NCBI GenBank assembly: GCA_040954595.2
Contig: CM082578.2
Location: 17,615,912 to 17,679,911 of the forward strand
From: Balanoglossus misakiensis
Taxonomy: Eukaryota > Animalia > Hemichordata
Length of the DNA: 64,000 bases
Reading direction: 5' to 3'
The notes beneath the pieces were generated by a model. That model saw only the letters and a program-made list of their open reading frames with translations, was not told where the DNA came from and ran no database searches. The position numbers were made by a program, and so were the translations under genes. Each line of letters begins with the position of its first letter. Position 1 is the first letter of the stretch. Positions 13,901 through 26,630 of this stretch are shown here, in pieces.

Positions 13901-14330
13901 TGGTGAGTCGTGTTTTGGGTACATGAGTTCTATGTGTATATTTCAAACTCCTGCCAGGCGGTTATCAAGGCGGTTTCAGAGAGATATTTTCACCTTGATT
14001 AATATTCTCCCAGATTTATTTCACATCTGGAGAAATAGCAAGAATTCAAGTGGTGATAATTTAACCGCTTGACTGGAGACCTCAGATTTTTGTGGCTGCC
14101 TAATGTAGATGTTCATCATCACAATTAGCTTGCTCGGTCGACAAACGTTTCCCGCCCCTTCTTGTTAACCTACAGGCCTACTTTTCCCGAACGACACGCC
14201 GATCAGCGAAGCTACAAAGAAGATACGCCAACCCGGACGGCTTTTGTCAAACCAGTGCGGCGTTCACTTTGCGCGACATTGTCGGCAGCTTGCGTCGTCA
14301 CAACAGAAAGCAACAAAGAAGAAGCAATGA
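10945..14330 (+). CDS. EFCAB12: EF-hand calcium-binding protein, EFCAB12-like
   Basis: Phase-consistent exons 10945-11538, 11748-11843, 12140-12337, 12773-12926, 13138-13457, 13677-13902 and 14176-14330 (TGA). EF-hand pair IADYIHRQRIRLIELFMRVDKNKDWKVNKSQF / VDDLMMTLDTDENEELDYRHF. The N-terminal RKRIIVAPP motif resembles EFCAB12, recalled from memory and not searched. Confidence 0.7.
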
Positions 14331-16520
14331 ATCTGAAACTGAATCTGAATCTGAGGTTTTTGCGATGCAAGACCGAAACTGGTGATAAAGCAGATCTTGG
14401 AACATTTCGATAGTTTTCTGAGAGTCACTCAGCATGTAGTCTAGGGACCTCGACCAATAACAGACTTCTTTACATTGGATTTTGACAAGGTCAAACAAAA
14501 TAACTTAAGACTTTCCTAGTCCTTCTTCGTTTTTCATCCAACAACCAGGTAGTACTCTGGTTATGCGTGTCAACTCTTCAATGTTCGAAACTTTGTAAGG
14601 TTTCTGGCTATACTGTAGCACGTTTAAATTTCACCAAGCAGGGTTGGAAATATAAAGACATTTTATCTCCCGACGTTTGAAAAGTGACACCATGCATTTT
14701 GCTGTTGAAGGTATGTCGTTCCTGTGCGCGGGTCTCGTGACATCGTGCAGATAAAGATAATTACGTAAAGACAGCATAAGTTCTTTTATGTTCAATATTT
14801 TGGCAATTATAGATCTTTGAGAATAAATTCGATGTAGTCCAGAACGGATATGACGTGGCAGTCTTCAGGCGACAATAGGTTGTCACGTGGTCACTTCGCT
14901 GTAATCATTGCATAATACAGCTATCTCATTGGCTGACAGGCTGACTGCACTGATCCAGGTGCACATCGATTTGCAAAGCTGTATGCATGTACATGTAACA
15001 GTGTGTTTCAGCCACGTCATCAGTATGGACGCATACTCGGATATCTACGATACAGAGCATTCAAGCGAAGTGGAACGGTTTTGTTCTCAGTTTGACAACC
15101 CGATACCAAATTAGGCACGTGGAAGATTTCAGGCTCACGCGAACAGCACACAACGGGAAAAACAGAGATCTCGCGTACCGCAAAATACACACAGGTCTAC
15201 CACGTGGGGCATGTCAGTGTGGGACGTATGGGTATGAGAGCTGGAATATAACTCACTGGTCAAAATGTCTTAAGAAAACGTCACACAGCCCGGTACAATC
15301 CACGAAGGAGACAAGAACGCAAGTGAGACAGTACCCCTCCTCATTTTAGTCGCCGAGAAATGAAGGGGTGTTCAGCATGAAGGAATGACTGTAATACATA
15401 TGATAACACCCCCCCCCTCCGTCAGAACGAACTGATCGATTCATGCGTTCTCAGTTGTGAAACATCGAGATTAACTCAGAGATACAAACGATATGACAAA
15501 CAATTACTGACCATTAGATCGTATATTTCGAGAATATGACATATCTCCGAATAAATTAAATATATACATATGAATGCGTGTTCATTAGCCTGGTAGACAT
15601 GTTAGTACTGATTGAAAGAAAAACATGACATGGCAACTGTCTTTTTGGAAATGCGTTTTTCTTGGCCAGAACGACAGGTGAACTTGATCTCCCATAATCG
15701 AATGGGAAATTTATCTCAAATGTGATGGACTATAGTTGAGTACGAGTCGCTCATGTCAGACTTTGAGACACTCGTATTCCATTACAAGATCATGGCTGAA
15801 TGAGGAATGTGTAAATGTCCATGTGCCCATTGTCATGAATTCAATGCATATTCATAGTTTATTTTGTCGCATTGCGTTTTTTTACCCGGCGTGTGCGGTC
15901 AGTGCGCAGGCGTCCACGTGATTTGTTTTTCCCCGAAAGAATTTGGAAGTCCACGTGTATGCGACCCCGTTTCTTTTACCCAAGCAATTGCTGGAAGGAA
16001 GGTGGATACGACGCCCAAGTAAGTTCTGGACATGTCAATGCGATAGTGTGAGATGGTAGTGCGAATCTGAGGGGATATGATGACGAGTTTTTGATGTTAG
16101 CCGCCGTCGTTGATCAATAACGTTCCGGGTTGTGGGTTGAGTTAGAGTGTACAAATTCAGTATGCTTCATTGGCCTATAGTCACTTGCAGCCACGCCCAC
16201 GGTCCCTCCACAAACACGTTGCAGGGTATTTCGGTTACTTTCTGCTGTCTGTAACCAATTCCTCGTCCATTCTGATTTGAGAACAACTTCAATCGATTAT
16301 TTACAATAATTGTGTGCTTATTGCTCTGTTTACAATAAATACTGTAGAGTCACAGTTTACTTTAAAATCTTGGACCTTGTTAATTTCTAGGTAGCACACT
16401 TGACTCTCGTTTACTTTTTGTTAATACCGAGTCATAATAGTTTAAAATATGGGTAAATTAGTTTTGAAAGGTGACAAATTTTGATTATAGGTACTTATTA
16501 CAATCAATTATTATAGTCAA

Positions 16521-19500
16521 TCATTCTGACTCTTCTTCGTCGCTACTATCAATGTCAATTAATTCTGCCAGCCAGGGGTGGCCGCATTGCAGCAACGCTT
16601 CGCGGAACATGGCCACAGCCTTCTTAGTGTTGGGCAAGTTGTCTATTAAATGCCTCGTTTTGTCTGCGTCTGTTGTGATACTTCGAACGGCGGTGGCTAC
16701 TTGACTGCTTATCACACATTCCTGCTGGAGGAAATCTAAAAGTGGTCCTATACATGCAAGTCCGTCGATGAACTTAAATCTGTTGACAAGAAGGCATCTC
16801 TTTGGTTTGTCGTTTAACACGTTGTACTCCCAGACCTCGGTGAGTTTAACACACTCTGCGGGGATGTGCGTCTCTTTGGCCTCCATAATCCTCTTCAGGG
16901 CGCTGACTTTGTTCTTCAGTGTGCATTCTCGAAGAATCAGTGTGTACTCTTCGTGGGTTATGACCGCTTCTTGCAGCAAGATGTCCAGGCAGTTCTTCAC
17001 AAAGTCACCTGATGTAGAAGACATACACATCCATTACACATCACATGAGCACATTGGCGAGAAAGTCAACGTGCTGTATAAGTTGTATTCAATCAAATAC
17101 TTATAGCCACGTTGCTAAAGATATCACCGAGCTTGCAGATCTTGCAGATCACCTACCTTCACAGAATCCAATATTTTCCCCGTGACTAATCAAAGTCCAC
17201 ATCACAGACATGTGCTCCAGGTCTCGCTTGGCGTCTTTAATGCTTCTACAGAGTCTTTTTCCCGCGCTGCATCCACCGATGTCCCTGATTTCCGGGAAAG
17301 AGACGACCCCTTTCCTGTGCAACAGTCTCCCATAGAAAGTCTCGATAGTTGACGGCTTCTCGCACGAGAGTTCATGAACGCGACTCAGATGATCAACGAG
17401 TTCTCTTGGCAGCTCACCTTTCCCGCTATATTCAAAATAGGCGGCAAAAACCCTGTCATGTCCAGGTTTCCTTGGCTCCTTCACGATGCGATCTATAATG
17501 TCTAAAATGTCCTTGGTAAATGGCTCTGTTTCATTTGCTTTATTTTGAAAAAGCTCAGTCAGCTTTTTGGACCCAATAAGAATGATTCTATCGGCATGGC
17601 CGATTGTCGCAACAAACAACTCAAATTTTTCCTTGTTTGTACATTCTGAGATGTCTATTATTTCTACAACAGTCTTTATCTGACGATGGTGTTGTAAAAA
17701 CTTTGCAAATTGGCGTGCGGCCCTGTCCTGCTTGTGTCTATCCGGTGCGTGAATCAAAGTGATCGTCTTTGGCTCGGCGGGAACAGGTCTTCGGATAAAC
17801 TTCACGTATCCATCTGAAAGATCTGCAAGATGGAGGAAGTCATTAATTGGGGGACAAGCGCTTCTTAGATACAGATTTAATCAACTTGAATTCGCATAGG
17901 TCTAACTGTTCAACAGTGCGGTTAATTTCTAAGATGGTTCGCTGAAACAAAAACAATCGGTGATCTCAGTTTACTACATAGTGCCGCTATTCAAGAGGCA
18001 GACCAACTCACCTGTATCAGCTCCAGTTTCTTTCGCCTCTTCCTCTTCCAGCTTCAGTGTGGCAAGCGTCTTTTCCTCCACGTGATCTGCAGGCAGATTC
18101 TGAGCATCACGGTTTGCATCCACGGTGACGTCACCTGAAACGTGTTGAAAGGACTATGTCTGATTTTTGAGGCTGCTCAGCTATAAATTTAAATATCGCA
18201 CGAGCATCGCAAAAACGTCCTTCCTTAAAGCGATCCAATTGCAAGCAAATGTGCCTGATTTAGAAACTCTAAGCAGTGTCTTCCCTTCTCTTTGGTATGC
18301 AAACAATGTTGGCCGTTTGTTTCATATGACCCGAAATATTTCAACTACTGAATTACTGTATCAGTAGCTAAAGAAAATCCAGAGTGCCCCTGACTGTACC
18401 GATAATTATGGCGGTGTATAATGATGATTGATGTCCTTGTTATTTGAACATTTTTCCCCTGAAGTACTTTGGTGTAGCACGATGTGACCCTTGACACGGA
18501 AATGCTAACTAGTCTTTTCCCTCTCAGACTGTGTGTTTTAGCTGTTTTTAATGCAATCACGTTCGACTAATAGTCCATTAGGTGCTCAAATAAACGTTAC
18601 TATAATGAAACGGACCGGTATTTCTTACTGGAAACACCGTGCACGGACATACTGAAGCTTCTGAATGGATTGTTTATGTGACCTGATAATATGTCTTTTA
18701 AATTGACCTTCCTCTTTGGGGTCACCGTGACTCAACTTCCGAGATTCTTGTCAGCCATGCGTGGTTGTTCTGAAGACCAATGCATGCTTTGCCCAGTCCA
18801 GTATGTATTTGGGTTACTTCCGTGATTTTATTTTTGTTCAGACTGTGCCAAAAAATAAAATGTATGGCGGTGTGCAACGATAGGCCGATTCATGGACTAA
18901 ATTACTCCTTATGGACTATTTCCATGGTCCTCATCAGAGAAAAAAAAACGTTTCTGAAAACATTTGCTTATTCCTAACGTGATGCAAAGTTCGGTGTACA
19001 GCTTATTTTTTTAAAAACTTAATGATATCAAGTTGGATTGAATAAGATGTTGTTGTTTTGTTGCATTGTTTGTACACGATTGTTGCAACAACAAACATTA
19101 TTTTGTAAGAGTAGCAAACAAGAGTCTCAAGTGATGTTCTCCTTTTCCGCTAATTATTTCCTTGTGGCTTCTCTACCCGGAAACTGTTCAAAGTAGGTCA
19201 AAGATGCATATGATCTTGTCGCATGCAGAGTTTTAACGTCACGGCAATCTCATGAGGGGTGAACCATTTGATATGGGCGCGATCTGGATGATTTTTGCAG
19301 AGGAAAACAATCCAGGAGATACCCCTGAAAAAATCGGCCACAGTAGACAAAAGAAAAACAGATGCAAACTGAAGTGGATGCTAATCGAGCACCGGAGGAA
19401 CCTTCGAATTTGGGCTTCTCGTGTCTGTCTTTTTGCAGCGAAACCGATGTTGAAAAATGAAATTCAATATTAAACTTCTACTTATTAAATATACAAAGCT

Positions 19501-19933
19501 TCTCATTTAGCACCTTTTGTGAGACTTTAAAGACAATTGCAATATTGCAATAGTGTTTTCTCAAAATTCTACATCTTAAGGCTATGGAATATGTTAACCA
19601 TAAACTGTACCTGGCTGGTAGTCTCCTACCTTAAGGTGGCTGCATATTTTTTGTTGCAAAAACAGATAGTATGTACATGTAAGCATGACTTAGGGACAAA
19701 ATTTTAGGGAAAAACTGATCATAGCGTAAATAAAAAAAGTACTTACGCTTAGTTGTCGAATTTTAATCAAAATTCCGCGCTCCCTTTTCGTTGGGTATGA
19801 ACAGAGCGGAACTTAAACTAGTACAGTAATGATTAGGACAAGACAATGGCATGCTACATCTCCACAAAATGATGCCTCAAGACGCGTCTGTTTTTTCGTA
19901 CTCACCTGTAGTCGGTGTGTCAAGAGTTGCCAT
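16521..19933 (-). CDS. Cytoplasmic SEFIR + tandem CARD-like adaptor, gene X (Act1/CIKS-like analogue)
   Basis: Exons 19933-19906 (MATLDTPTT), 18134-18012, 17822-17157 (SEFIR-like ITLIHAPD..FAKFL, ADRIILIGSK, RVFAAYFEYS) and 17008-16521 (CARD-like CLDILLQEAVITHEEY; LLVNRFKFIDGL..LLDFLQQECVIS..KTRHLIDNLP..FREALLQCGHPWLAELI). All introns are phase 1. No signal peptide or TM. The first exon is the least certain. Confidence 0.8.
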
Positions 19934-22900
19934 CCCCTTGTATAGGGTCTTGCTGAAGAAGTGTGTGAATCAAAATGCTGGAAGACGAGATTTGGCATAC
20001 ATGCGTCACATTTCACTTTTCAATGGCAAGGGCTGTCAGAGGTGCGAGTCTGTATGTTTTGATATGATACAGGGAAGTAACTGGCAACCAGTGGCTTTGT
20101 CGAGGAGTCGGTATATACCCAGCGACTACAAGTTCACTGAAGCAGCTGACGTCGGCCCCTGAAGTGTATCCAACAATACCCGCTCGTCGTTTGTACCTCT
20201 CTCACACCGGGGGCTCTGCCGCGGCTCTCAGACTACATTTATCACTGACGTTTGGCCACTATCGGTAATTCCCGAGGTCTATATATAACAATGAGCTTTG
20301 TTTTCCAACAGTTCCTGGTTGGACTTTCAACACTGGAGTCGCACTTCTGGTGCACGGAAATGCGTTAAAATGACAATGTCTTTTTTGTAAACCGTGGTGT
20401 GAACTGGGTCCTATTCAAGATCTATTTTCCGGGTATTTCCGAAGACAGATACGAACTGATCATGTTGATTGCGTGAATAATTAGTTTAAGATGTACGGAC
20501 GCGCTCGAACTGTCTGTACGTTGCCTAGAAACCAATCAGAAGGAACCGAGTGGTAAGAAAACCACCCGGAAGCCTTTCCGTATAAGCGCGGATGATATTC
20601 TGAACAACATCTCTGTGAGATTTACTTTGGCAGCTTGATTTCCGATATCATACGAGGCTTCACTTTCAAACAGTATACGCATTTCTCCGGTCGTCATTTC
20701 ATCATGCTGGGACCTATATGGAATAGAACGACAATAATGTAACTGAAGCACAGAACAGGGAATTTTGGCCTGAAGTCCCATGGCCCTTTAACGTATCCGC
20801 AATCGATTCTGCAAAACAATTGAAGTCGTGACTATTCGTTATCCGATGTATATCAGGTTCCAATTTCCCAGGTACCTTTGTACTTGTTTGTATCGCCACA
20901 TGCATTGTCTCGGATGATCACAGGTGTGGCTGTGGGCCAACCTTCGTGTCATCGTCATGGAGACGGAAACCTAAGAGTTCTGATGTTTGACAGGCAGTTT
21001 TTCCGACAATTTACCAGGCGTTAGAACAAACTTCACGAATATTGAAGGTTCAACAGAACATAATTTAAGTACTTCTTTACTTTGTGGCCTCCGGGGGTCA
21101 CCTTTTTGATCGGACCCGTTCCCCCTTACATTTAATTTTTTATAACAAACATGGAATATGCGCGTATCAATCCCTAAAATATGCAGTACACCGTCTCAAA
21201 GGTTGGTGTAATCTCAGCTGTGATTGGCTAGTGATCACTGGCTAAATATGCATAGGTAATACTTTACATACTGATCCGCAGTTTCTGTAAATAGGCCAAA
21301 GGTAAATCATTCTTTTCAGGCATACGCACCAGACAACGCAGTGCGTGGGATATGATTTCAGGATGAGTTTATGCTTAGTGCCAAATTCTTCACCTTTCTG
21401 ATGATGACCAACCGGGTCTTCTGTCACGTGGTGTGCGGTTGAAGGCAGTTTGTGCCGTTTCCCCTCAAGTCGGGACCGAATAATAGTTGCTGCCGAAACC
21501 GGAGGTTCGTTCAGGGGTGAACTTTTGTTGTGCGACGAATGGCATGGCCCGGATGTGGCTCTGCGAATTATTCCAGAAACAACATTGAAATACATTTTCT
21601 TTGCGATGTGCAATCTTCTTCAAGTTGGAAACATGCTGTTTCCGATTTTTCATCCTAATCAAAGCTCTCGTTCGGAGTAAAATTAACATTTAGTGCAAGT
21701 GGTTGTGTTCGGAATAAAATTTATCAATTCTTAAAAATACTGAATTTCAACGCGAGGAAATGTGGAAGGGCTTTGCTCTGAGTGTTTGTCAACAAACTAA
21801 TGCTTCGGTCGTGCGGAATTCCATAAATAGCTTACTTTTCTTGTGTTTATTGACTTGCGATATATATAGACCCATAAAGACTTTTGCAAATAAAATATCG
21901 ACAATGGTATATACCATTCGGTGTTTTCCCGGCATTCAAACAGACTATCCACTTCTGAAATCGGAAGTGAACATAAAGACGTTTTTTGAACATCGACAGT
22001 CAAGGAGCTGTCTGTGTTTTTGTCCTGACAAAAAGTGACATGACCCGGATTGGACCTGACCGCTTGTTGAGTTTACGGAAGGCTAAATATAACTTCAAGT
22101 CTTCGTGTAAGTTTTTATTTTAACTCGTGGGCGTTTTTCAGTGGTTCCCGAAAACTCAACAAAATTGTTGCAAGGTTCGTGCGCAGGTGAACTTTTGTTA
22201 TAGAGAGAGGGACGTGACCCGGACGTGACTTTCACCAAAATATGTTTAAAAAAAATAAATGCCTTAAATCCAAGACGTAAAAACTCCCTAGGACCAACAA
22301 CTAAGCAAACGTTTTGAATTGGGAGAAAGTAATACTTAAAATCCATTTGATGTTGTGGTTCATAAAAATCTCAAAATGTCCTGTTTTTATTAACATAACT
22401 CGATGAAAACACGAGAGATAAGCCATTTGAATTTCTTGAAGGCTCGAGCCAATAGTTCTCCATAATATCACTTGCTCAAAAAAATGTTGTTTGGAGTTTG
22501 CAATATGGGAATTGGTTTTGGTATCGATAGTTGGAGACGACGCGGGCATTCAATACAATGCTTTACTACACTGCAGTAAAACGGTGGCGTCAACATCGTT
22601 GGATCTAAGAAAAGTGCTCGGTTGGAAACATTTGAATGCAATCATTTTAATTTAATTTCGCGCCATAGCCTGTTGTCACCAACCAACAGGAACTTTGCTT
22701 TTTGCGTGCTATTTTTAGAACGGTTGGGGCGTTGAAACGTTGTTGTTTTTTCGACAAGGAAGTCAAAGTATCGCAGCATATTAAGATGGCGGAAGAGGCA
22801 AGGTTGTTTTTGTGCTTGGCACAAACACATTAAAACGCCACGCTGAACAGGTTTCTGCAAAACAACAGGACTACAACCAAGCCGGAATGGCCACAGTTAC

Positions 22901-23075
22901 AAAACAAGAATTCAAACCCGATATATAGGCCGCGTCCGTCTCTCCGTGCTGTGCGCTATACAAGCGGCGAATATACCTCTTTTGATCCGGATCTCGCGAG
23001 CTTCAAAAGCTGCTTGAAGTTTCCAAGGCTTGGGATTCTCAGACATCACTCGCGGTGGAAGACAGCGACATCGAC

Positions 23076-24847
23076 ATGGCATGTGCAGGTAAGTGTGGAA
23101 TTGTAGTTAGGCCAGATGTAACTTCACAGAGAACCAATGCAGGTTGACGTACATGCCACCTTGACACCTGTTTGATTCTGTCAACCTCTTACAATACCCG
23201 TACCTTAGAATACCGACCGTCACTAATAAGCGAAATCTCGACCCCCAGATAGCGTGCGTCACTTCTAACATACTTTATATGCAAGCAGATGTTTTTGCTA
23301 ATGAAGTCTGCGCTTAAATGTGACTTCAGCAATGTGTAACGTGATAATGAATTGGGCTATATCACTCGACGCAGCGCGTTGGAGTTTGAGAACGTCACAA
23401 ATGTGGGTGGGCTGCCTTTATAATAATCGCGCACAATCGCGTATGTCAGAGAGAGGTTTCAGTGCTGGTAAATTTCCGATCACCGTTGGTTATATTTGTT
23501 TGAGGAAAAAGTTTGATTTTATAATTATTTTTTTAACGTGTTTATTTCCGCTACACAGGTCTAAACCAGCATGCGTACCAAGATCGAGACAGGCATGGGA
23601 CAGACTCTACCGCTGCCTTCGTTTTTTTACCGGACGACTCTGGACAAACGGCCATAGTCCATGCATTTTGTGATCTGATCTCACTTTTTGCCAACGAAAG
23701 ATCTACTATCAAGAAATTTAACCTGTCAAAATTAAATGACACGCAATATGCAAACGACGCGATCAGGGACTTCAATGAATCCGACAAAATCGTGTTGGTC
23801 ACATCCAAATCATTGAGGAGACTTTGGTATCAACGTGTCGACGCGGATTATTTTATTGCGGCTCTGAAACAAAGACTATCTCAAGATCCCAATAATGTCT
23901 TCGAAATATATTTCGAGTACATCAGTAACGACGAGCCGACCAAGAAAATAGCGAACACCCGTCACAAGATTTGCCCCTTTCAAACAGCAACGATAGCAGA
24001 ATTCTGTGCCGTGCTAAACCCCTTCACAGACAGAAGTTCAATGACCCACATTGAGAACACGGTCTGCAGTACACAGCAATGGAAGAAATTTGTAGACAGT
24101 ATTCGCGAACTACAGACGCGGGAAATACGCATGTCTATACAACATGTCAGAAAAACTGGATTTTCGCCATGTAAGTATAGAATTATCTCCATCCAGCAAC
24201 ATTTTCAGCGTCTGCCATACATGATTATAAATTCATGCTATTAGAATTATAGCTCTATAATTAAGTTTGTTTGGTCTTGTTTACAGGTGACATAGACTTT
24301 TGCTGTTTGGATGTCCTGCTTCAGCACAAGGTCATAACCGAAGTCGAACTCCAAATGGTCAGGCAGCAAAATAAACCACGGAAAAAGTTGCTCGCTGTTC
24401 GGCATACCATCGCGGGGAAGGTGAACATCTTCCCCGAATACCAGAAACTGGTTGACGTGTGGTTAGACAACATCGGGAGAAAATCCCACGCCCTTTTCGT
24501 GAACAAACGGCTCGTTCTCATTGATAATATCGGACATGACGTCAAGCGAATGGTGGATTACCTCATACAGGAAAACGTCATCACCGTTCACGCTGGCGAG
24601 GTCATTACCATGGGAACAGCCCAAACCAGCGCCAGACAGCTGTTGGACGAGTTGCCAAAAAGCAAGCGGGCGTTAGTGGCTTTCTGTGACGCATTGGAAA
24701 TGTGTAATCCGGGCCTTGCTAAACACCTGGACCTTAGAACGTGGATGAATGATTATGACACTGCGGAGAACAGTGGACCAGCATGTCTTCCTGTAGACAA
24801 CGGTAACTACGCACAACGTGTCTGTCTCTCTGTCCGTCCGTCTGTCT

Positions 24848-24878
<31 letters not shown>

Positions 24879-26630
24879 TGTATGTATGTCTGCCTGTCTG
24901 GCTATAATGCCATTTGATATTTGCTGTTAATATACTTTAATTCAATGTTTCTGTTCCTTGTTTATAGATGATGTGGATGGCAGATGCATCGTCATGTCAT
25001 CTATCGCCGATCGAGACTCTGGTTTGGATGTTGAAGACACTAGCGTGAGCGTGCCAACTATTCAAAAACCCACAGCCACAGAACAACTTGGATCTCCAGC
25101 ACTCCTGAGCAAATCTTCATGTCAAAGACAAAGAAGACATCGCCAATACTCTCTTTCCGGTACCCAAGTCCGGTACCAAAGTTGGGAGAGCACTGCCACT
25201 GACAGTGGTTACTGTGCAGAACACGTGGATGGCGACGATTGCTGTAGCGAGAATGGCGACGACGGTGGACTTTTTCAGCCAAACAAACTGACATACATGT
25301 ATGCTGGTAAGTGTAGTGTGGTGTGGTGTGGTTCTGTGCTGTCCTGTGATCTAATTATGTCATCTAATTCAATCTAATGTAAGCTTCACTACAGACGTGT
25401 TTTAATTGGTGTTATGGTGTCATTGAAGGTTTACAACCAGTGGATTCGCTGGAGGTGCTCAGCGTGACGTCAGATTCCGTGCACATGCGTTGGTCTGTTT
25501 CGCCGCACAACACTTCGACATCGCACCGACTCGGCTATCGTGTCACGTGCCTCCAGCTGAGCGGTCAGAGCAAGAACAGAGTGCGCTTAACGGAAGTGCT
25601 GGAATCTCCCTCTTCTACGTTGTCCTGGAAACGAGGTTGTCTGGCCGCTGGTGACTACCGCATTTCAGTGTCCGTGTTGTACGGTGAAAACAGTGGTGAT
25701 CAGCCTTGTCCCAGCGAGGCAAAATGGACAAACGTCAGGATTGGCGGCAGTGAGTACATCAACGCATTGTATTTTGAGGGACAGAGTAAATATCGGTTGT
25801 GCATCTCGATAACCAAGAGACCGACAAAGTCATTTCGCCGCAAAATCTCGGGGCCTGGCGGGTCCACGACACAGAAAGAAAATGATATTGAACATGTTTT
25901 CTCTAGAAACACATCTCTCCAAACAAGAGGCAAACGATGGATGATCGAAGTATTCGTACATGTTTTTTTCCAGATAAGCTTGGAGTGTTTGGTAAAGTTT
26001 TCCGTAAGAAATTGTCACTCTCCAAGGAAAGTTCGGATGACAGTTACAAAGGTAAAAATCTAACTATAGTTTTACATTCTCCTTCATATATATACGGGCT
26101 GCATTGTATGTTAAAATCACAGGGAAACTTTTAATGTGCCGGAGAATCATTCAAGTGGGACTGGACCTTCAATGATCACTGCGTCTCACGTGACTAGACA
26201 GGCAAGACGCGTCACGTAGATAGTGACCAATGAGCACTGAGGCAGGGTACCGACCAAGACTAGAACATTCAACACATTGGGATTTGCCTTATTTTCTCGT
26301 ACAGTACTCGTCAACAATGTGACTCCTGGTCGTGAAAGCAGTAAATCGTCAGTCAAGACGTTTGAAGTCTTGGAAGATGAAAGCATCGGTTCCAACGCAC
26401 ATCATGACGTTGGAGAGGTGAAACCCGACAAAACCGAAGTTGTCATGGCTGCCATTCTACCTGATGCCGAGGAGAGAGCATGGACCAACCCGAAATCGAC
26501 GACTCGCAGTCGGTGCTACGCAATGAGTGGACCGATGGAAAGACCAACATTTACCAGCAGCAGAAGAGAGGGGCTTACTATACGGTGCCAAGAGAAGTCA
26601 TCAGATTCTGTCTGTACCACCAGTCTGTAA
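23076..26630 (+). CDS. Cytoplasmic SEFIR + tandem CARD-like + DSG-motif linker + FnIII protein, gene Y
   Basis: Exons 23076-23088 (MACA), 23559-24170 (divergent SEFIR AFVFLPDD..IVHAFCDLI, SDKIVLVTSKSL, NVFEIYFEY), 24287-24802 (CARD-like x2: LDVLLQHKVITEVE; MVDYLIQENVIT..ARQLLDELP..AFCDAL), 24968-25306, 25429-25749 (FnIII PVDSLEVLSVTSDSVHMRW..GYRVTC..YRISVSVLY), 25974-26051 and 26305-26630. All introns are phase 1. Confidence 0.8.
24819..24900. repeat. (TCTG/TCCG/TATG)n compound microsatellite
   Basis: tctgtccgtccgtctgtctg... in the intron after the CARD exon of gene Y. It explains the VCLSVRPSVCLS tail of the raw ORF. Confidence 0.9.

Noticed and set aside
18708-18769. Possible extra exon of gene X (acceptor TCTTCAG, ATGGCTGAC, donor GTCAAT)
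   Set aside because: All three frames contain a stop. It could be a decayed or poison exon but is not supportable as CDS.
19252-19786. Possible degenerate MITE (GAGGGGTGAACCATTTGAT ... ATCAAAATTCCGCGCTCCCTT)
   Set aside because: End similarity is too weak to call TIRs without other copies.
24803-24930. Cys-rich repeat C-terminus VCLSVRPSVCLS of ORF 24271-24930
   Set aside because: It is the translation of an intronic microsatellite beyond the donor at 24802.
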